The translations under genes were made by a program, and so were the position numbers. This document shows positions 9,499 to 19,385 of a stretch of 64,000 bases of DNA, piece by piece. Origin of the DNA: a virus (lineage: Duplodnaviria > Caudoviricetes); IMG/VR virus record IMGVR_UViG_2930414654_000002, positions 96-64,095 of that record; one strand, written 5' to 3'. The notes below the pieces were generated by a model, which was not told the origin of the DNA, made no database searches, and was given only the letters and a program-made list of their open reading frames with translations. Each line of letters starts with the position of its first letter. Position 1 is the stretch's first letter.

Positions 9499-9869
9499 CC
9501 CGCCGCCTGTCTCCGGCTGAGCGTCTGGCCGCCACGGACCGGGACGCCACCCTCGCCGCCATCGCCGCCCGCACGTCCGACTGGGACCGGTTCCTGGTGG
9601 AGCAGGCCGTGTGGATGCTCGGCCTCCAGCAGGACGAGTTCTCCGCGAACGACGCACGCGGCCTCCTGCCCGACCTGGCGCACGGGCACCTCGGCGCCGC
9701 CTTCAACGCCCTCCGCTCCAGCGGGGTGATCGAACACACCGGGCAGTACGTGCCCTCCACCTCACCCACCACCCACGGACACCCCGTGGCGGTGTGGCAG
9801 CTCTCCATCAAGGGCCACCTCATAGCGATACAGCGCCGCCCCCGCCAGCAGGGGAGCGCCGCCGCATGA
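9495..9869 (+). CDS. Hypothetical winged-helix-like protein
   Basis: EFSAND...LGAAF..L...GVIEHTG.YVPST..THG.PVAVW. Confidence 0.7.
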   Translation: MTRRLSPAERLAATDRDATLAAIAARTSDWDRFLVEQAVWMLGLQQDEFSANDARGLLPDLAHGHLGAAFNALRSSGVIEHTGQYVPSTSPTTHGHPVAVWQLSIKGHLIAIQRRPRQQGSAAA

Positions 9870-10684
9870 AGCCGCCGGTGCCGTACTTCGGCGGGAAGGC
9901 CCGCATTGCGAAGTGGATCGTGTCGCTGCTGCCCGAGCACCAGCACTACGTCGAGCCGTTCTGCGGCGGCCTGTCCGTCCTGCTCGCCAAGCGACCAGCT
10001 GCGATGGAGACCGTCAACGACCTCGACGGCGAGCTGATGAACATGTGGCGAGTCCTGCGCGAGCGGCCCACCGAACTGGTCCGAGCCTGCGCCCTGACCC
10101 CGCACTCCCGGACCGAGCTCGCGGTCAGCCACGAGCCCGCGTCCGACGAGCTGGAGGCGGCTCGCCGCACTTGGTCCCGGCTCGCACAGGGACGGTCCGG
10201 CACGCTGCGACAGACCGGGTGGCGGCACTACATCGACCCCGCCGGCTCCACCATCGGCATGCCGGGCTACATGTCCGCCTACGTCGACCGGCTCGCCGCC
10301 GCAGCGGAACGTCTGTCCGCCGTGTCTCTGGAGTGCCTGCCCGCCCTCGACATCATCGGCAAGTACGGCGCTGCGAAGGACGTGCTGCTGTACGTCGACC
10401 CGCCCTACCTCGGCACCACCCGCCCGTTCAGCAACTACCGGTGCGAGATGCGCGGCGAGACAGACCACCGGGAGCTCGCGGCCGCACTGCACGACTGCCG
10501 ATCCGCAGTGGTGCTGTCCGGCTACGACAGCCCGCTCTACGACGAGCTGTACGCCGGCTGGAACCGCTACACGCAGCAGACCATGACCGGCAACGCCAAG
10601 ACCGCGAAGGACCGCACCGAAGTCGTGTGGTCAAACCGGGTCCTGGCAGGCCAGTACGACCTGTTCGCGGAGGTCTCGGCATGA
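9866..10684 (+). CDS. DNA adenine methyltransferase (Dam/D12 class), orphan
   Basis: PYFGGK, YVEPFCGG, VNDLDG, YVDPPY. Confidence 0.92.
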   Translation: MKPPVPYFGGKARIAKWIVSLLPEHQHYVEPFCGGLSVLLAKRPAAMETVNDLDGELMNMWRVLRERPTELVRACALTPHSRTELAVSHEPASDELEAARRTWSRLAQGRSGTLRQTGWRHYIDPAGSTIGMPGYMSAYVDRLAAAAERLSAVSLECLPALDIIGKYGAAKDVLLYVDPPYLGTTRPFSNYRCEMRGETDHRELAAALHDCRSAVVLSGYDSPLYDELYAGWNRYTQQTMTGNAKTAKDRTEVVWSNRVLAGQYDLFAEVSA

Positions 10685-10783
10685 GCCTCCTCCACCTCCT
10701 CGCCGCCTGGACCGGCATCTCCATCCTCGCCGGCCTCGCACTCGGCGCCGCCATCAACCACAACACCAGGAAGGAACACTGAC

Positions 10784-11245
10784 ATGGCCCGCTACGCACA
10801 CCGGCCCCTCACCGCCGCCCGCACCTACAGCAACGCCTTCCGGCTCACCACACCCCCCGCCGAGCCCACCGACGAGACCACCGGCGTCGACTGGATCGCC
10901 GTCGAGCGGGCCGCCCGCGACGACTACGACCCCCGCCTCCTCACCGACGACGAACGCCGCGAAGCCGCGCTCCTCCTCGGCCGCGCCGGATACGGCATCA
11001 AACCCACCTCCACCCGCCTGTGCATCTACGAGCGGCTCATCTGCGAATGGTTCGCCGACGCCGGCCTCCTGCCCCCGGAGCGCATCTGCACCGCCGACGG
11101 CTGCAACCGGGCCAAGGTCGGACTCGGCCTGTGCATCGGCCACCTCCAGGCCAAGCGAGCCGCAGAGAAGCAGGCGAAGAAGGCAGCCGAGGAAGCAGCA
11201 GCCAAAGCCGCCGCCGAGGCCCAACTGCTGGTGGAGGCGGCATGA
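10784..11245 (+). CDS. Hypothetical HTH/Zn protein
   Basis: AAGGA RBS; VDWIAVERA...; CTADGC...GLC..H. Confidence 0.65.
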   Translation: MARYAHRPLTAARTYSNAFRLTTPPAEPTDETTGVDWIAVERAARDDYDPRLLTDDERREAALLLGRAGYGIKPTSTRLCIYERLICEWFADAGLLPPERICTADGCNRAKVGLGLCIGHLQAKRAAEKQAKKAAEEAAAKAAAEAQLLVEAA

Positions 11246-11520
11246 CCATCCGCGACCTGTGGCCCGAGCCAGCGCCCTGCCAGGACGACCCCGACCGTTG
11301 GTTCCCGCCCGGCGGCAGCCACACCCACGCCTGGAAGACCGCAGCCGCCCAAGCGATGCGCATCTGCCACACACGCTGCCCCATCCAACCGCAGTGCCTC
11401 CGAGACGCACTCACCGCCGAACAAGGGCAGCGGGCCGCCGACCGCCACGGCATCACCGGCGGACACACCCCCCGCGAACGCGCCGCACTCGACCCCACAA
11501 CCACACGCACCGCCGCATAG
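11242..11520 (+). CDS. whiB: WhiB-family transcription factor
   Basis: C..DPDRWFP...ICHTRCPIQPQC...GITGG.TPRER (four Cys plus the G-turn). Confidence 0.85.
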   Translation: MTIRDLWPEPAPCQDDPDRWFPPGGSHTHAWKTAAAQAMRICHTRCPIQPQCLRDALTAEQGQRAADRHGITGGHTPRERAALDPTTTRTAA

Positions 11521-11626
11521 CCAGCAAGCCGCCCGTCAGACCCGGAGGAAACGCCGTGACCTTGGATTCTTTGCAGCAGGCGCATGAGCCCGCCCGCCGG
11601 GGCGCCGCGCTGCGGGCGGAGGTGCG

Positions 11627-12550
11627 GTGATGGGCATCAAGCGTGTCGTCGAAGTCCTCCTCCACGCTCCCGCCGACCTGACACCCGCCGAACGCATGGT
11701 GCTTGTGGCCATCGGCGAGAACGTCCGGGACGAGGACCCCCAGCGGAAGACGTGGCCTGACTTCAACGCGCACGTCCTGGCGCAGCGTGCGGGGCTCACC
11801 GGGCAGGGCAGCCTGAAGTCTGCTCTGCAGCGGTTGGCGAAGCGCGGCCTCGAGGTGCGTATCCCGATCACGTTCGGCAAGGACGGTCGTGCTCTGTATG
11901 CGGTGCCGGGCAAGCAGTGCCGGTACCGGTTCCCCACCCTCGCAGAAGGGGAGGCCACAACCTCCCCTTCGAGTGGCCAAGGGGAGGTCACAACCTCGCC
12001 AGGGGAGGTCACAACCTCCCCTAAGGGGAGGTCAGGACCTCGGCAGGCGGGGTCAGAACCTCCCCCTACCCCTACCCCTAAGACCCCTCCCCCCTCCAAG
12101 GAGGACGAGGGCCCCGCGGCGCCGTCGAACCTTGCCGATCGCAGACAGCAACAGAACGACGACCTCGCCGACGCAGCCGCCTTCCTCGAACAGCTCCCAC
12201 ACCCCTGGACCATCGGACCCGTCACCGCCAAAGCCATGGCACCCGACCTCCTCCAGGCCATCGACAGCCAGGGCTGGGACCTCGACGCCGAGCTCACCGC
12301 CAAGCTCACCGAGAACCCCGACGGCATCCGCAGCTACCCGCCGATCCTCCGACGCCGCATCGGAGACCTGCCCAAGCGCATCCGCAAGCCCGCACCCGTT
12401 CCCGACCACCTGCCGCCCTGGTGCGGCGAATGCGCCGACGGCAACCGCGTCGCCGCCCAGCAAGGCCACCTCCGGAAGCTCTTCGACGCCGACGGCAACG
12501 GACGGCCCTGCCCCAAGTGCCACCCCACCCAGACCAGCCACGCCGCCTAA
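11627..12550 (+). CDS. Phage replication initiator (lambda O-like position)
   Basis: N-terminal wHTH, internal iterons, C-terminal CGEC..CPKCHP; directly upstream of DnaB. Confidence 0.75.
   Translation: MMGIKRVVEVLLHAPADLTPAERMVLVAIGENVRDEDPQRKTWPDFNAHVLAQRAGLTGQGSLKSALQRLAKRGLEVRIPITFGKDGRALYAVPGKQCRYRFPTLAEGEATTSPSSGQGEVTTSPGEVTTSPKGRSGPRQAGSEPPPTPTPKTPPPSKEDEGPAAPSNLADRRQQQNDDLADAAAFLEQLPHPWTIGPVTAKAMAPDLLQAIDSQGWDLDAELTAKLTENPDGIRSYPPILRRRIGDLPKRIRKPAPVPDHLPPWCGECADGNRVAAQQGHLRKLFDADGNGRPCPKCHPTQTSHAA
11947..12066. repeat. Iterons / probable phage replication origin
   Basis: About five copies of the quasi-palindrome AGGGGAGGTCACAACCTCCCCT (11947, 11980, 12001, 12024, partial ~12049). 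Confidence 0.8.
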
Positions 12551-12567
12551 CCCCTCAGGAGCATCCC

Positions 12568-13902
12568 GTGACCGACGAACACCTCGAGCGCACCCCACCC
12601 CAGGACCTCGACGCCGAACGCTGCACCCTCAAAGGGATGATCCTCGCCAAGAGGGCCATCAGCGCCGCCGTCGAAACCGTCGAAGCCGACGACTTCTACC
12701 GCCCCGCCCACGCCTCCCTGTTCCGCGCCATCACCGACCTCTACACCCGCACCGAACCCGTCGACCAGGTCACCCTCGCCAACTACCTCCGCGAGCTCGG
12801 CATCCTCGGCCAGGTCGGCGGCCCCTCCTACATCGGCGAGATCCTCAGCGCTGGCACCACCCCGGCCAACACCGGCTACTACGCCGAGATCGTCCGCGAC
12901 TGCGCCGTCCGCCGCCGCATCGTCGAAGCAGGCATCCGCATCACCCAGATCGGATTCAGCGGGGAAGGCGAAGCCAGCGAAGCCCACGACGCCGCCCAGG
13001 CCGAACTCGCCTCCGTCACCACCATCCGCGAGGAAGCCGACTGTGCTCTCCTCGGCGACGACCTCCACGAGGTAGCAGCCGAGCTGGAGCAGCTCGCCGC
13101 CGAGGGCCGCAGCATGGGCGTCCCCACCGGCTTCGCCGACCTCGACACCCTCCTGCACGGCCTCCACCCCGGGCAGATGGTCATCATCGCGGGCCGGCCC
13201 GGGCTCGGGAAGAGCACTCTGGGCGTGGACATGCTCCGGTCCTGCTCCATCCGCTACAACCGGCCCGCCGCCATGTTCAGCCTGGAGATGTCCCGCCGCG
13301 GCGTGCAGCACCGCATCATCTCCGCCGAAGCCCGCATCGGCCTGCACAAGATGCGCGGCGGCCAGATGGCCGACCAGGACTGGGCCGCGTTCGCCAACAC
13401 GCTGACCAAGCTTCAGCAGGCGCCGTTGACCATCGAGGCCACACCCAACCGCACCCTCACCCAGATCAAGGCACGCTGCCGACAGATCAAGCAGCAGACC
13501 GGCCTCGACCTGGTCCTCATCGACTACCTGCAGCTCGTCGAGACCAGCGGCCGACGGCGGGCCGAGAACCGGCAGCAGGAAGTCTCCGAACTCAGCCGCG
13601 GCATCAAGCTCATGGCCAAAGAGTTGGGCGTCCCCGTGGTGGTGCTGTGCCAGCTCAACCGCGGGCCCGAACAGCGCACCGACAAGAAGCCGCTGCTGTC
13701 CGACCTGCGGGAGTCCGGCTCGCTGGAGCAGGACGCCGACGTCGTGATCCTCCTCCACCGCGAGGACGCCTACGACCCGTACTCGCAGCGCGCCGGTGAA
13801 GCCGACGTCATCGTCGCCAAGCACCGCGACGGCCCCCAAGCCACGATCACCGTGGCGTTTCAAGGGCACTATAGCCGTTTTGTCGACATGGCGGCGACAT
13901 GA
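12568..13902 (+). CDS. dnaB: Replicative DNA helicase
   Basis: AGRPGLGKS Walker A, FSLEM, IDYLQL, QLNRG, DLRESGSLEQDAD, KHRDGP. Confidence 0.96.
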   Translation: MTDEHLERTPPQDLDAERCTLKGMILAKRAISAAVETVEADDFYRPAHASLFRAITDLYTRTEPVDQVTLANYLRELGILGQVGGPSYIGEILSAGTTPANTGYYAEIVRDCAVRRRIVEAGIRITQIGFSGEGEASEAHDAAQAELASVTTIREEADCALLGDDLHEVAAELEQLAAEGRSMGVPTGFADLDTLLHGLHPGQMVIIAGRPGLGKSTLGVDMLRSCSIRYNRPAAMFSLEMSRRGVQHRIISAEARIGLHKMRGGQMADQDWAAFANTLTKLQQAPLTIEATPNRTLTQIKARCRQIKQQTGLDLVLIDYLQLVETSGRRRAENRQQEVSELSRGIKLMAKELGVPVVVLCQLNRGPEQRTDKKPLLSDLRESGSLEQDADVVILLHREDAYDPYSQRAGEADVIVAKHRDGPQATITVAFQGHYSRFVDMAAT

Positions 13903-14135
13903 ACTTCACCCCGGAAGACATGGCCGAGATCCGCAAGCAGGGCGATCTGAAGTCGCTGTTCGCCGCGCTCCTCGGCAAGCCCGCCCCGCAGCCCGAGCAG
14001 CCAGTCGAGGACGAGGCGCCGCCGTACCACATAGCGCGCCCCGGGGCCTGGCCGTGCGGCACCGCCGCCTCCGGGCCCATCCCCAGCCCCACCTGCCCTG
14101 ACTGCGCACCCCACTGGAAGGGAGAGACCGCATGA
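13899..14135 (+). CDS. Hypothetical phage protein
   Basis: ATGA coupling; RPGAWP.G motif. Confidence 0.6.
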   Translation: MNFTPEDMAEIRKQGDLKSLFAALLGKPAPQPEQPVEDEAPPYHIARPGAWPCGTAASGPIPSPTCPDCAPHWKGETA

Positions 14136-14329
14136 GCGACAACGGCTACGCCGATGGCTGCCCGCGCTGCCTGGCCGGCCCGACGGCGCCGACGACTGGT
14201 ATCGCCGCCCGCGGGTCCCTCACCGCCGCGTACCGGTGCCGGGCCTGCCGCCACATATGGACCTGCACCTGGGCCGTAGTGCCCGGCCGCGTCCTCCCAC
14301 CCCCGCCCCGACTGGAGGAGGCCGCATGA
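14132..14329 (+). CDS. Small Zn-ribbon protein
   Basis: CPRC...YRCRACRH.W. Confidence 0.6.
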   Translation: MSDNGYADGCPRCLAGPTAPTTGIAARGSLTAAYRCRACRHIWTCTWAVVPGRVLPPPPRLEEAA

Positions 14330-15528
14330 TCCCGCGTATCGGCTCCCTGTTCACCGGCACCGGCGCCCTCGACCTGGCCGTGCAGGACGTGTACGGCGGC
14401 GACCTGGTGTGGCACTCCCAGTTCGAGCCGCCCGACAAGCACGGCAAGCCCGACCGGCACCAGTGGCCCGCGCAGATCCTGCACCGGCACTGGCCGACCG
14501 TGCCGAACCTGGGCGACATCACCGCCATCGACTGGCACGCCGTCCTCGAGGAGCACGGCCCGGTCGACATCCTCACCGGCGGCTTCCCCTGCCAGGACAT
14601 CAGCAGCGCCGGCAAACGCGCCGGACTGGTGCCCGGCACCCGCTCCGGGCTGTGGGCGCACATGGCCCGCGCCATCTCCGTACTCCGACCCCGACTGCTG
14701 GTGATCGAAAATGTCGAAGGACTCCTTTCCCGAAAAGCCCACCGTGACCTGGGACCCGACAGCGAAGCTCTGGATGAGGGAACTGCCGGAGGGACTCTTC
14801 GAGCACTCGGAGCCGTACTCGGAGACCTGGCCACCCTCAGGTTCGATGCGGAGTGGGCGCGGGTGGCCGCATCGGAGGTCGGCGCTCCCCACGGCCGCAA
14901 GCGAGTCTTCATCTGCGCCTGGCCGGCTACTGAAGACGCCGACCGCGCAGCTCGCGGTGAACGGCGGATCGCAGCACCCGGACAAACGCAAGAGCGGGGG
15001 GCACGGGCCGACGCTGGCCGACGAGGTCGAGCACCTGCTGCCAACACCGATGGCGGGGGACGCGACCGGCACCCGCAACGCGACAGCAGGACGGTCGAAC
15101 CCCGACTCGCAGCACCACAACGGGTGGACGCTGTCGGACGTCGTGTTCAGCGGGCAACTCCTGCCGACACCCACGGCTTCGGACGGGGACCGGGCGAGCT
15201 CGACGTACAGCCGGGGCAACCCGACACTGAATGGGGCGCTTACGGGCCCGCCATCCGACGCTGGGAGCACGTCCTCGGACGCCGGGCCCCGCGACCAGTT
15301 GACGATCTGGGACGCCTGAGCCCCGCCTTCACCGAATGGATGATGGGCCTGCCCGCCGGTTGGGTCGTCGACACCCCGGGCATCACCCGGCCCGCCGCGC
15401 TGAAGGCGTTGGGGAACGGGGTGGTGCGGCAGCAGGCCGCCGCCGCGCTCCGGCTCCTGCAGGACCGGATGCCCGCGGCCGCACGACTCGCCCCCGCCGG
15501 GCAGCCCGCCCTGGAGCGTGCCGCATGA
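14326..15528 (+). CDS. DNA (cytosine-5) methyltransferase, orphan
   Basis: Motifs LFTGTG (I), GFPCQD (IV), IENV (VI), HGRKRVF (VIII), EWMMGLP (IX), LGNGVV (X). Confidence 0.92.
   Translation: MIPRIGSLFTGTGALDLAVQDVYGGDLVWHSQFEPPDKHGKPDRHQWPAQILHRHWPTVPNLGDITAIDWHAVLEEHGPVDILTGGFPCQDISSAGKRAGLVPGTRSGLWAHMARAISVLRPRLLVIENVEGLLSRKAHRDLGPDSEALDEGTAGGTLRALGAVLGDLATLRFDAEWARVAASEVGAPHGRKRVFICAWPATEDADRAARGERRIAAPGQTQERGARADAGRRGRAPAANTDGGGRDRHPQRDSRTVEPRLAAPQRVDAVGRRVQRATPADTHGFGRGPGELDVQPGQPDTEWGAYGPAIRRWEHVLGRRAPRPVDDLGRLSPAFTEWMMGLPAGWVVDTPGITRPAALKALGNGVVRQQAAAALRLLQDRMPAAARLAPAGQPALERAA
14711..15319 (+). CDS. Nested +1-frame ORF within the C5-MTase (probable second subunit / TRD)
   Basis: 202 codons open; WPPSGSMRSG and three L(K/P)TP.A repeats; ATG lies inside the ENV codons. 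Confidence 0.6.
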   Translation: MSKDSFPEKPTVTWDPTAKLWMRELPEGLFEHSEPYSETWPPSGSMRSGRGWPHRRSALPTAASESSSAPGRLLKTPTAQLAVNGGSQHPDKRKSGGHGPTLADEVEHLLPTPMAGDATGTRNATAGRSNPDSQHHNGWTLSDVVFSGQLLPTPTASDGDRASSTYSRGNPTLNGALTGPPSDAGSTSSDAGPRDQLTIWDA

Positions 15529-16133
15529 CCGGCCCGGTGCCGTCGTCCCGCCGCGGGCCCAGCAAGCGCCCGCTGAGCGCACACCAACTCGACGCCCTCC
15601 GACTCGTCGCCCTCGGCAAGACGCACAGCTACCTCGCCCGGGAGTTCGGCATCGACAGCAAGAGCGTCGGCAAGTTGATGACTGAGGTGTTCCGCAAGCT
15701 CGGCGCAGCGAACGCACCGAACGCTGTCCTCCTCGCCTGCCGGGCCGGACTCCTCGATGTGAGTCCTCCCGCCGTGCAGTCCAGCGAACTCCTCACCGCC
15801 CGGCAGCACGAGGCGCTGCTGTGGACCGCACGGGGCTGCACCGCGCACGAGGTCGTCGACCGGATGGGCGTGTCTCTCGACACGGTCCGCTGGCTCCTGC
15901 GCACCACCCACCGCCGGCTCGGTGCCCGCACCGCTACCCACGCCGTCGCGCTGGCCATGGCGCGGGGGCTCATCACCGCCACCGACATCGCCGAGCCGCC
16001 ACACGGCCGTGAGAGCGCCGCAGGCGACCGGGAGGCTCCCGAGCCCCACCCGGACCACCAACGGCCGCCCAGCGGGCACACAGCCACCCGCACGGCCCCC
16101 GCCGCGACCACACCCAAGGAGGCAGCCGCATGA
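15525..16133 (+). CDS. Tandem LuxR-type HTH regulator
   Basis: Two L(S/T)..Q..L...A.G...RKLGA/RRLGA...AV..A...GL units. Confidence 0.8.
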   Translation: MTGPVPSSRRGPSKRPLSAHQLDALRLVALGKTHSYLAREFGIDSKSVGKLMTEVFRKLGAANAPNAVLLACRAGLLDVSPPAVQSSELLTARQHEALLWTARGCTAHEVVDRMGVSLDTVRWLLRTTHRRLGARTATHAVALAMARGLITATDIAEPPHGRESAAGDREAPEPHPDHQRPPSGHTATRTAPAATTPKEAAA

Positions 16134-16561
16134 AACCCATCACCGACCCCTACGACACCCGGGACGAGGACGCCGCCGCGAAAGCCAAAGCGATCCTCCG
16201 CGAGGACGAGCCCCTCAACCCCTTGGAGCGGGCCGCCATGGACGCCATCAACGAGAAAGCGTGGGTGCTGTGGCACACCTCCACGATGCTCAGCTACGCC
16301 CACGGCGTCATCCGCCTCCTGTCCACCGCCCACCTGCTGCGCGACAAGAAACACGAGGACCACCAGGCGAAGTCACTCTTCGCCGAGGAACGGGCACGCG
16401 AGGACCGCAAGGCCCGCACCAACAGGCTGATCACCCGGCTCGACACGGTCATCACCCAGGCCGCCGACGCGCTCCGCAAAGGCGAGGACCCCATCAAGGT
16501 CGCCGAGGCACTCGAGAACCACCGGGACCGGGACCGCGGCGACAAGCAGGCCGCCGCGTGA
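16130..16561 (+). CDS. Hypothetical phage protein
   Basis: AAGGAGG RBS, coupled ORF. Confidence 0.65.
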   Translation: MKPITDPYDTRDEDAAAKAKAILREDEPLNPLERAAMDAINEKAWVLWHTSTMLSYAHGVIRLLSTAHLLRDKKHEDHQAKSLFAEERAREDRKARTNRLITRLDTVITQAADALRKGEDPIKVAEALENHRDRDRGDKQAAA

Positions 16562-17310
16562 GGGCCGCCGACCAGCCGCTGCTGCACGGCTACAGCATGC
16601 GCGATCTCGACCACGTCACCCGCTACACCATCGCCGCCGACCGCTGGCACCTGGCCGGCGCCGACGACCGGTACGCGGCAGTGCACCACGCCATCGTCGA
16701 GCACCTCCTCACCACCCCGGAGCGGCCCACCCGCCGTGACCTCGTCAACGTCGGCCTCCACGCCTCCAACGCCCATGTCGCCGACGAGATGCACCACCAC
16801 GGCTGGGACCGCCGCGACATGCAAGCCGGCCGCGGCGCACTCCCCGGGTTCCAGCGCTTCTGGCAGACCCGCGGCCACCTCCCCTGGGACGAAACCCTCA
16901 TCGAGCGGTATGCACTCGCCCAGATCTGGCCCCACCTCACCGACCTCCAGCAGCAGGCCATCGAAGCGCTGGCCGCCACCGGCGACCACCAGGCCGCCGC
17001 CGATGCTCTCGGCCTGCACCTGCCCGCGTTCTCCGCCCGGCTCCGCCTCGCCCGCCGTGCCGTCCTCGGCCTGTGGCACGAACACGAAACCCCCCGCCCC
17101 CTGCCGCGGGACAAGCGGGTCCGCACCAAGACCGGCACCTGGAACGGGCGCCGGCTCCTCACGGAAGCCGACCTCGACAAGCTCCGTCAACGCCGGACCG
17201 AGGGCGCCACCTACGCCCAGCTCGCTGCCGAGACCGGCTACAGCGCCGGCGCCCTCTGCAACCTCCTCCGCGGCAAACGCCGCCCAGTCGCCGAAAGGAC
17301 CGCAGCATGA
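16558..17310 (+). CDS. Sigma-factor-like / HTH regulator
   Basis: Region-4-like LTDLQQQAIEAL..AAADALG...RLRLARR plus a C-terminal HTH. Confidence 0.6.
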   Translation: MRAADQPLLHGYSMRDLDHVTRYTIAADRWHLAGADDRYAAVHHAIVEHLLTTPERPTRRDLVNVGLHASNAHVADEMHHHGWDRRDMQAGRGALPGFQRFWQTRGHLPWDETLIERYALAQIWPHLTDLQQQAIEALAATGDHQAAADALGLHLPAFSARLRLARRAVLGLWHEHETPRPLPRDKRVRTKTGTWNGRRLLTEADLDKLRQRRTEGATYAQLAAETGYSAGALCNLLRGKRRPVAERTAA

Positions 17311-17627
17311 CCCAGCACCCCAGCACCCCCGCCCGTGACGCCCTGTACGACGCGCTCACCACTGGCGTGACGCACGCCCAGCTCCGCCAGCACCACATCG
17401 ACCAGCACGCCGCCGAAGTGCGCACCGTCGTCCGTGCCGAGACGTACCACGACGCCGCCGACGAGATGGAAGCCCGCCAAGCCCGGACTGAGCACGAGGA
17501 GCGCGAAAGGTTCGGCGGGCTCGACCACGAGACCGAGTTGCAGAGTGCCGCTGTTCGCGAGATGGCGGCCTATCTGCGCAAGCGCGCCGGTCAAGTCCGG
17601 GCTGCCACCGAGGAGCCGACCCGATGA
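17307..17627 (+). CDS. Hypothetical phage protein
   Basis: AAAGGA RBS, coupled ORF. Confidence 0.6.
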   Translation: MTQHPSTPARDALYDALTTGVTHAQLRQHHIDQHAAEVRTVVRAETYHDAADEMEARQARTEHEERERFGGLDHETELQSAAVREMAAYLRKRAGQVRAATEEPTR

Positions 17628-18139
17628 CCGATCCCAGCATCCCCGAGACGCCTGCTGTGCGCCCGCAGGACGGCCCCACAGGGGTTCCGGCGACACCCAG
17701 CCTGGCCGACACCGAGAACGCGCCGCAGGCGGGCGCACAGGACCGCGACTGCCCGGCGTGCGACGCGGGTCTCGACCACACCGAGCACTGCCCCACCCCC
17801 GAAACCCACAACTGGGGCTGCGGATGCGCGACAGACCAAGCACCCGCCGCATGGCGCCGCGAGCGGTACGCGGAAGCGATCACAGCGGACTACGTGGATC
17901 TGCGGTTCGTCCGTGACGACCTCGCCGTCGCCGCCATGGCCGTGGCCGACGCCGAGCAGGCCGAACTCCGCGCCGAGCGTGACCGGGCGCGTGAGGTGGC
18001 GGTCCGGCTGGAGAACCAGCTCGCCGCCGTCCGCGCGCTGCACGCCCGCGACGACTCCAACCCGCACGGCCCGTGGTGCAACACCTGCCTCACCACTTGG
18101 CCCTGCCACACCATCCGCGCCATCGAGGAGCAGCCATGA
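17624..18139 (+). CDS. Hypothetical phage protein
   Basis: Coupled ORF; VRALH...C..C...WPC.T motif. Confidence 0.65.
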   Translation: MTDPSIPETPAVRPQDGPTGVPATPSLADTENAPQAGAQDRDCPACDAGLDHTEHCPTPETHNWGCGCATDQAPAAWRRERYAEAITADYVDLRFVRDDLAVAAMAVADAEQAELRAERDRAREVAVRLENQLAAVRALHARDDSNPHGPWCNTCLTTWPCHTIRAIEEQP

Positions 18140-18333
18140 CGTGGCAGCGGCAGGAGATCACCACAGCCTGTGACTCCTGCCGCGCCTACTGGAACACCCT
18201 CCAAGACCTCGGCGCCGAATGGGACGCAGCCGGCCGACCCAACGACCCCGACGGCTGGGGCCAGCAGATCGCCGCAGCCCTCGCCATGTACGGCGGACAC
18301 CTCGGACAGCACCTCGACAGGAGCCACCCGTGA
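18136..18333 (+). CDS. Small hypothetical protein
   Basis: GAGGAG RBS, ATGA coupling. Confidence 0.55.
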   Translation: MTWQRQEITTACDSCRAYWNTLQDLGAEWDAAGRPNDPDGWGQQIAAALAMYGGHLGQHLDRSHP

Positions 18334-18534
18334 CCGACCCCGCCCGGCAGCGCGAGACGCTCGCCAGCCTCGACCGGGCCCTCGACAGCATCACGGCGGC
18401 CGTGTCCGTCCCCGCCACCTTCCGCGCCCACCCAGAGACCACCATCCCCACCCGCCGCTACACCCGCTAGCCCACCGCCCGGCCGCCCCCACGGCCGGGC
18501 CACCATCCCGCACCCTGCGCGACAGGAGCCACCC

Positions 18535-19158
18535 ATGGACACCACCACCTGCACCGTCTGCCAGCAGAACCTGTGGGACAGCGAGCTCGGGCATCAGGCG
18601 TGTGGCGCCTGCGTGCGCAAGCTTGACCGGCTGCTGCAGGATCTGGCCGGGCCGCGTGGGCTGTACGCCCAGCTCGCCACCGTCCTCACCCCCGGCACCG
18701 TCGGCGACAGCGCCCGCGTCTCCGGCAGCCGCACCGCACCGCTGCCCATACGGCTCGAGCCGCTGTCGCTGGCCAGCCGCGGGGGAGTCGTCACCATCCT
18801 CCAGACTTGGCTCGTCGACATCCACGAGCACCTGGGCTATCGGCACCCCCGCTGGCAGGGCGGGCTGCAGGGCCAGCTTGATCAGGCCGTCAGCCGGCTC
18901 CGCATCCTCCTCCCCTGGGCCGCCGAGAACCATGAGGCGTTCCGTGAACTCTTCACCGAGGTGAGGGACGCCGTATCCGCGTGTCGAGCCCAGGTGTCCG
19001 GCGAGCCGCCCGCCCGCCGCGTCACCGTCGTCTGCGCCCTGTGCGACGCCACCATGCGCATCACGCTCGACACCCCCGGCCGGCGCTGCCAATGCGGCAC
19101 CCAATACGGGTGGGCCGAACTCCGGCAGCTCCCGTTGGCGGAGAGGGCCGCGGCATGA
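18535..19158 (+). CDS. Zn-ribbon putative transcriptional regulator
   Basis: Cys pairs at both termini (CTVC, CGAC, CALC, CQCG) around a helical core. Confidence 0.65.
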   Translation: MDTTTCTVCQQNLWDSELGHQACGACVRKLDRLLQDLAGPRGLYAQLATVLTPGTVGDSARVSGSRTAPLPIRLEPLSLASRGGVVTILQTWLVDIHEHLGYRHPRWQGGLQGQLDQAVSRLRILLPWAAENHEAFRELFTEVRDAVSACRAQVSGEPPARRVTVVCALCDATMRITLDTPGRRCQCGTQYGWAELRQLPLAERAAA

Positions 19159-19385
19159 GCGACGAGACGGTTCAGCCGGCCAGCAACCGCATGCCCATCG
19201 TCACCGCCACCAACGGGCAGCCCTACATCGCAGCCTGCAACGTCCTCGCCCTCCTCCGAGCCGTCGCCGACTCGTGCCGCAACCTCGCCGACGACCCAGA
19301 CTGTGACCTCGACACCGCAGCAGCAGCCATCGACCTCGAAGCCGACGCCCTCGAAGTCCGAGCCATCCACCACACCACCGAGTGA
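19155..19385 (+). CDS. Hypothetical phage protein
   Basis: Coupled ORF. Confidence 0.55.
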   Translation: MSDETVQPASNRMPIVTATNGQPYIAACNVLALLRAVADSCRNLADDPDCDLDTAAAAIDLEADALEVRAIHHTTE

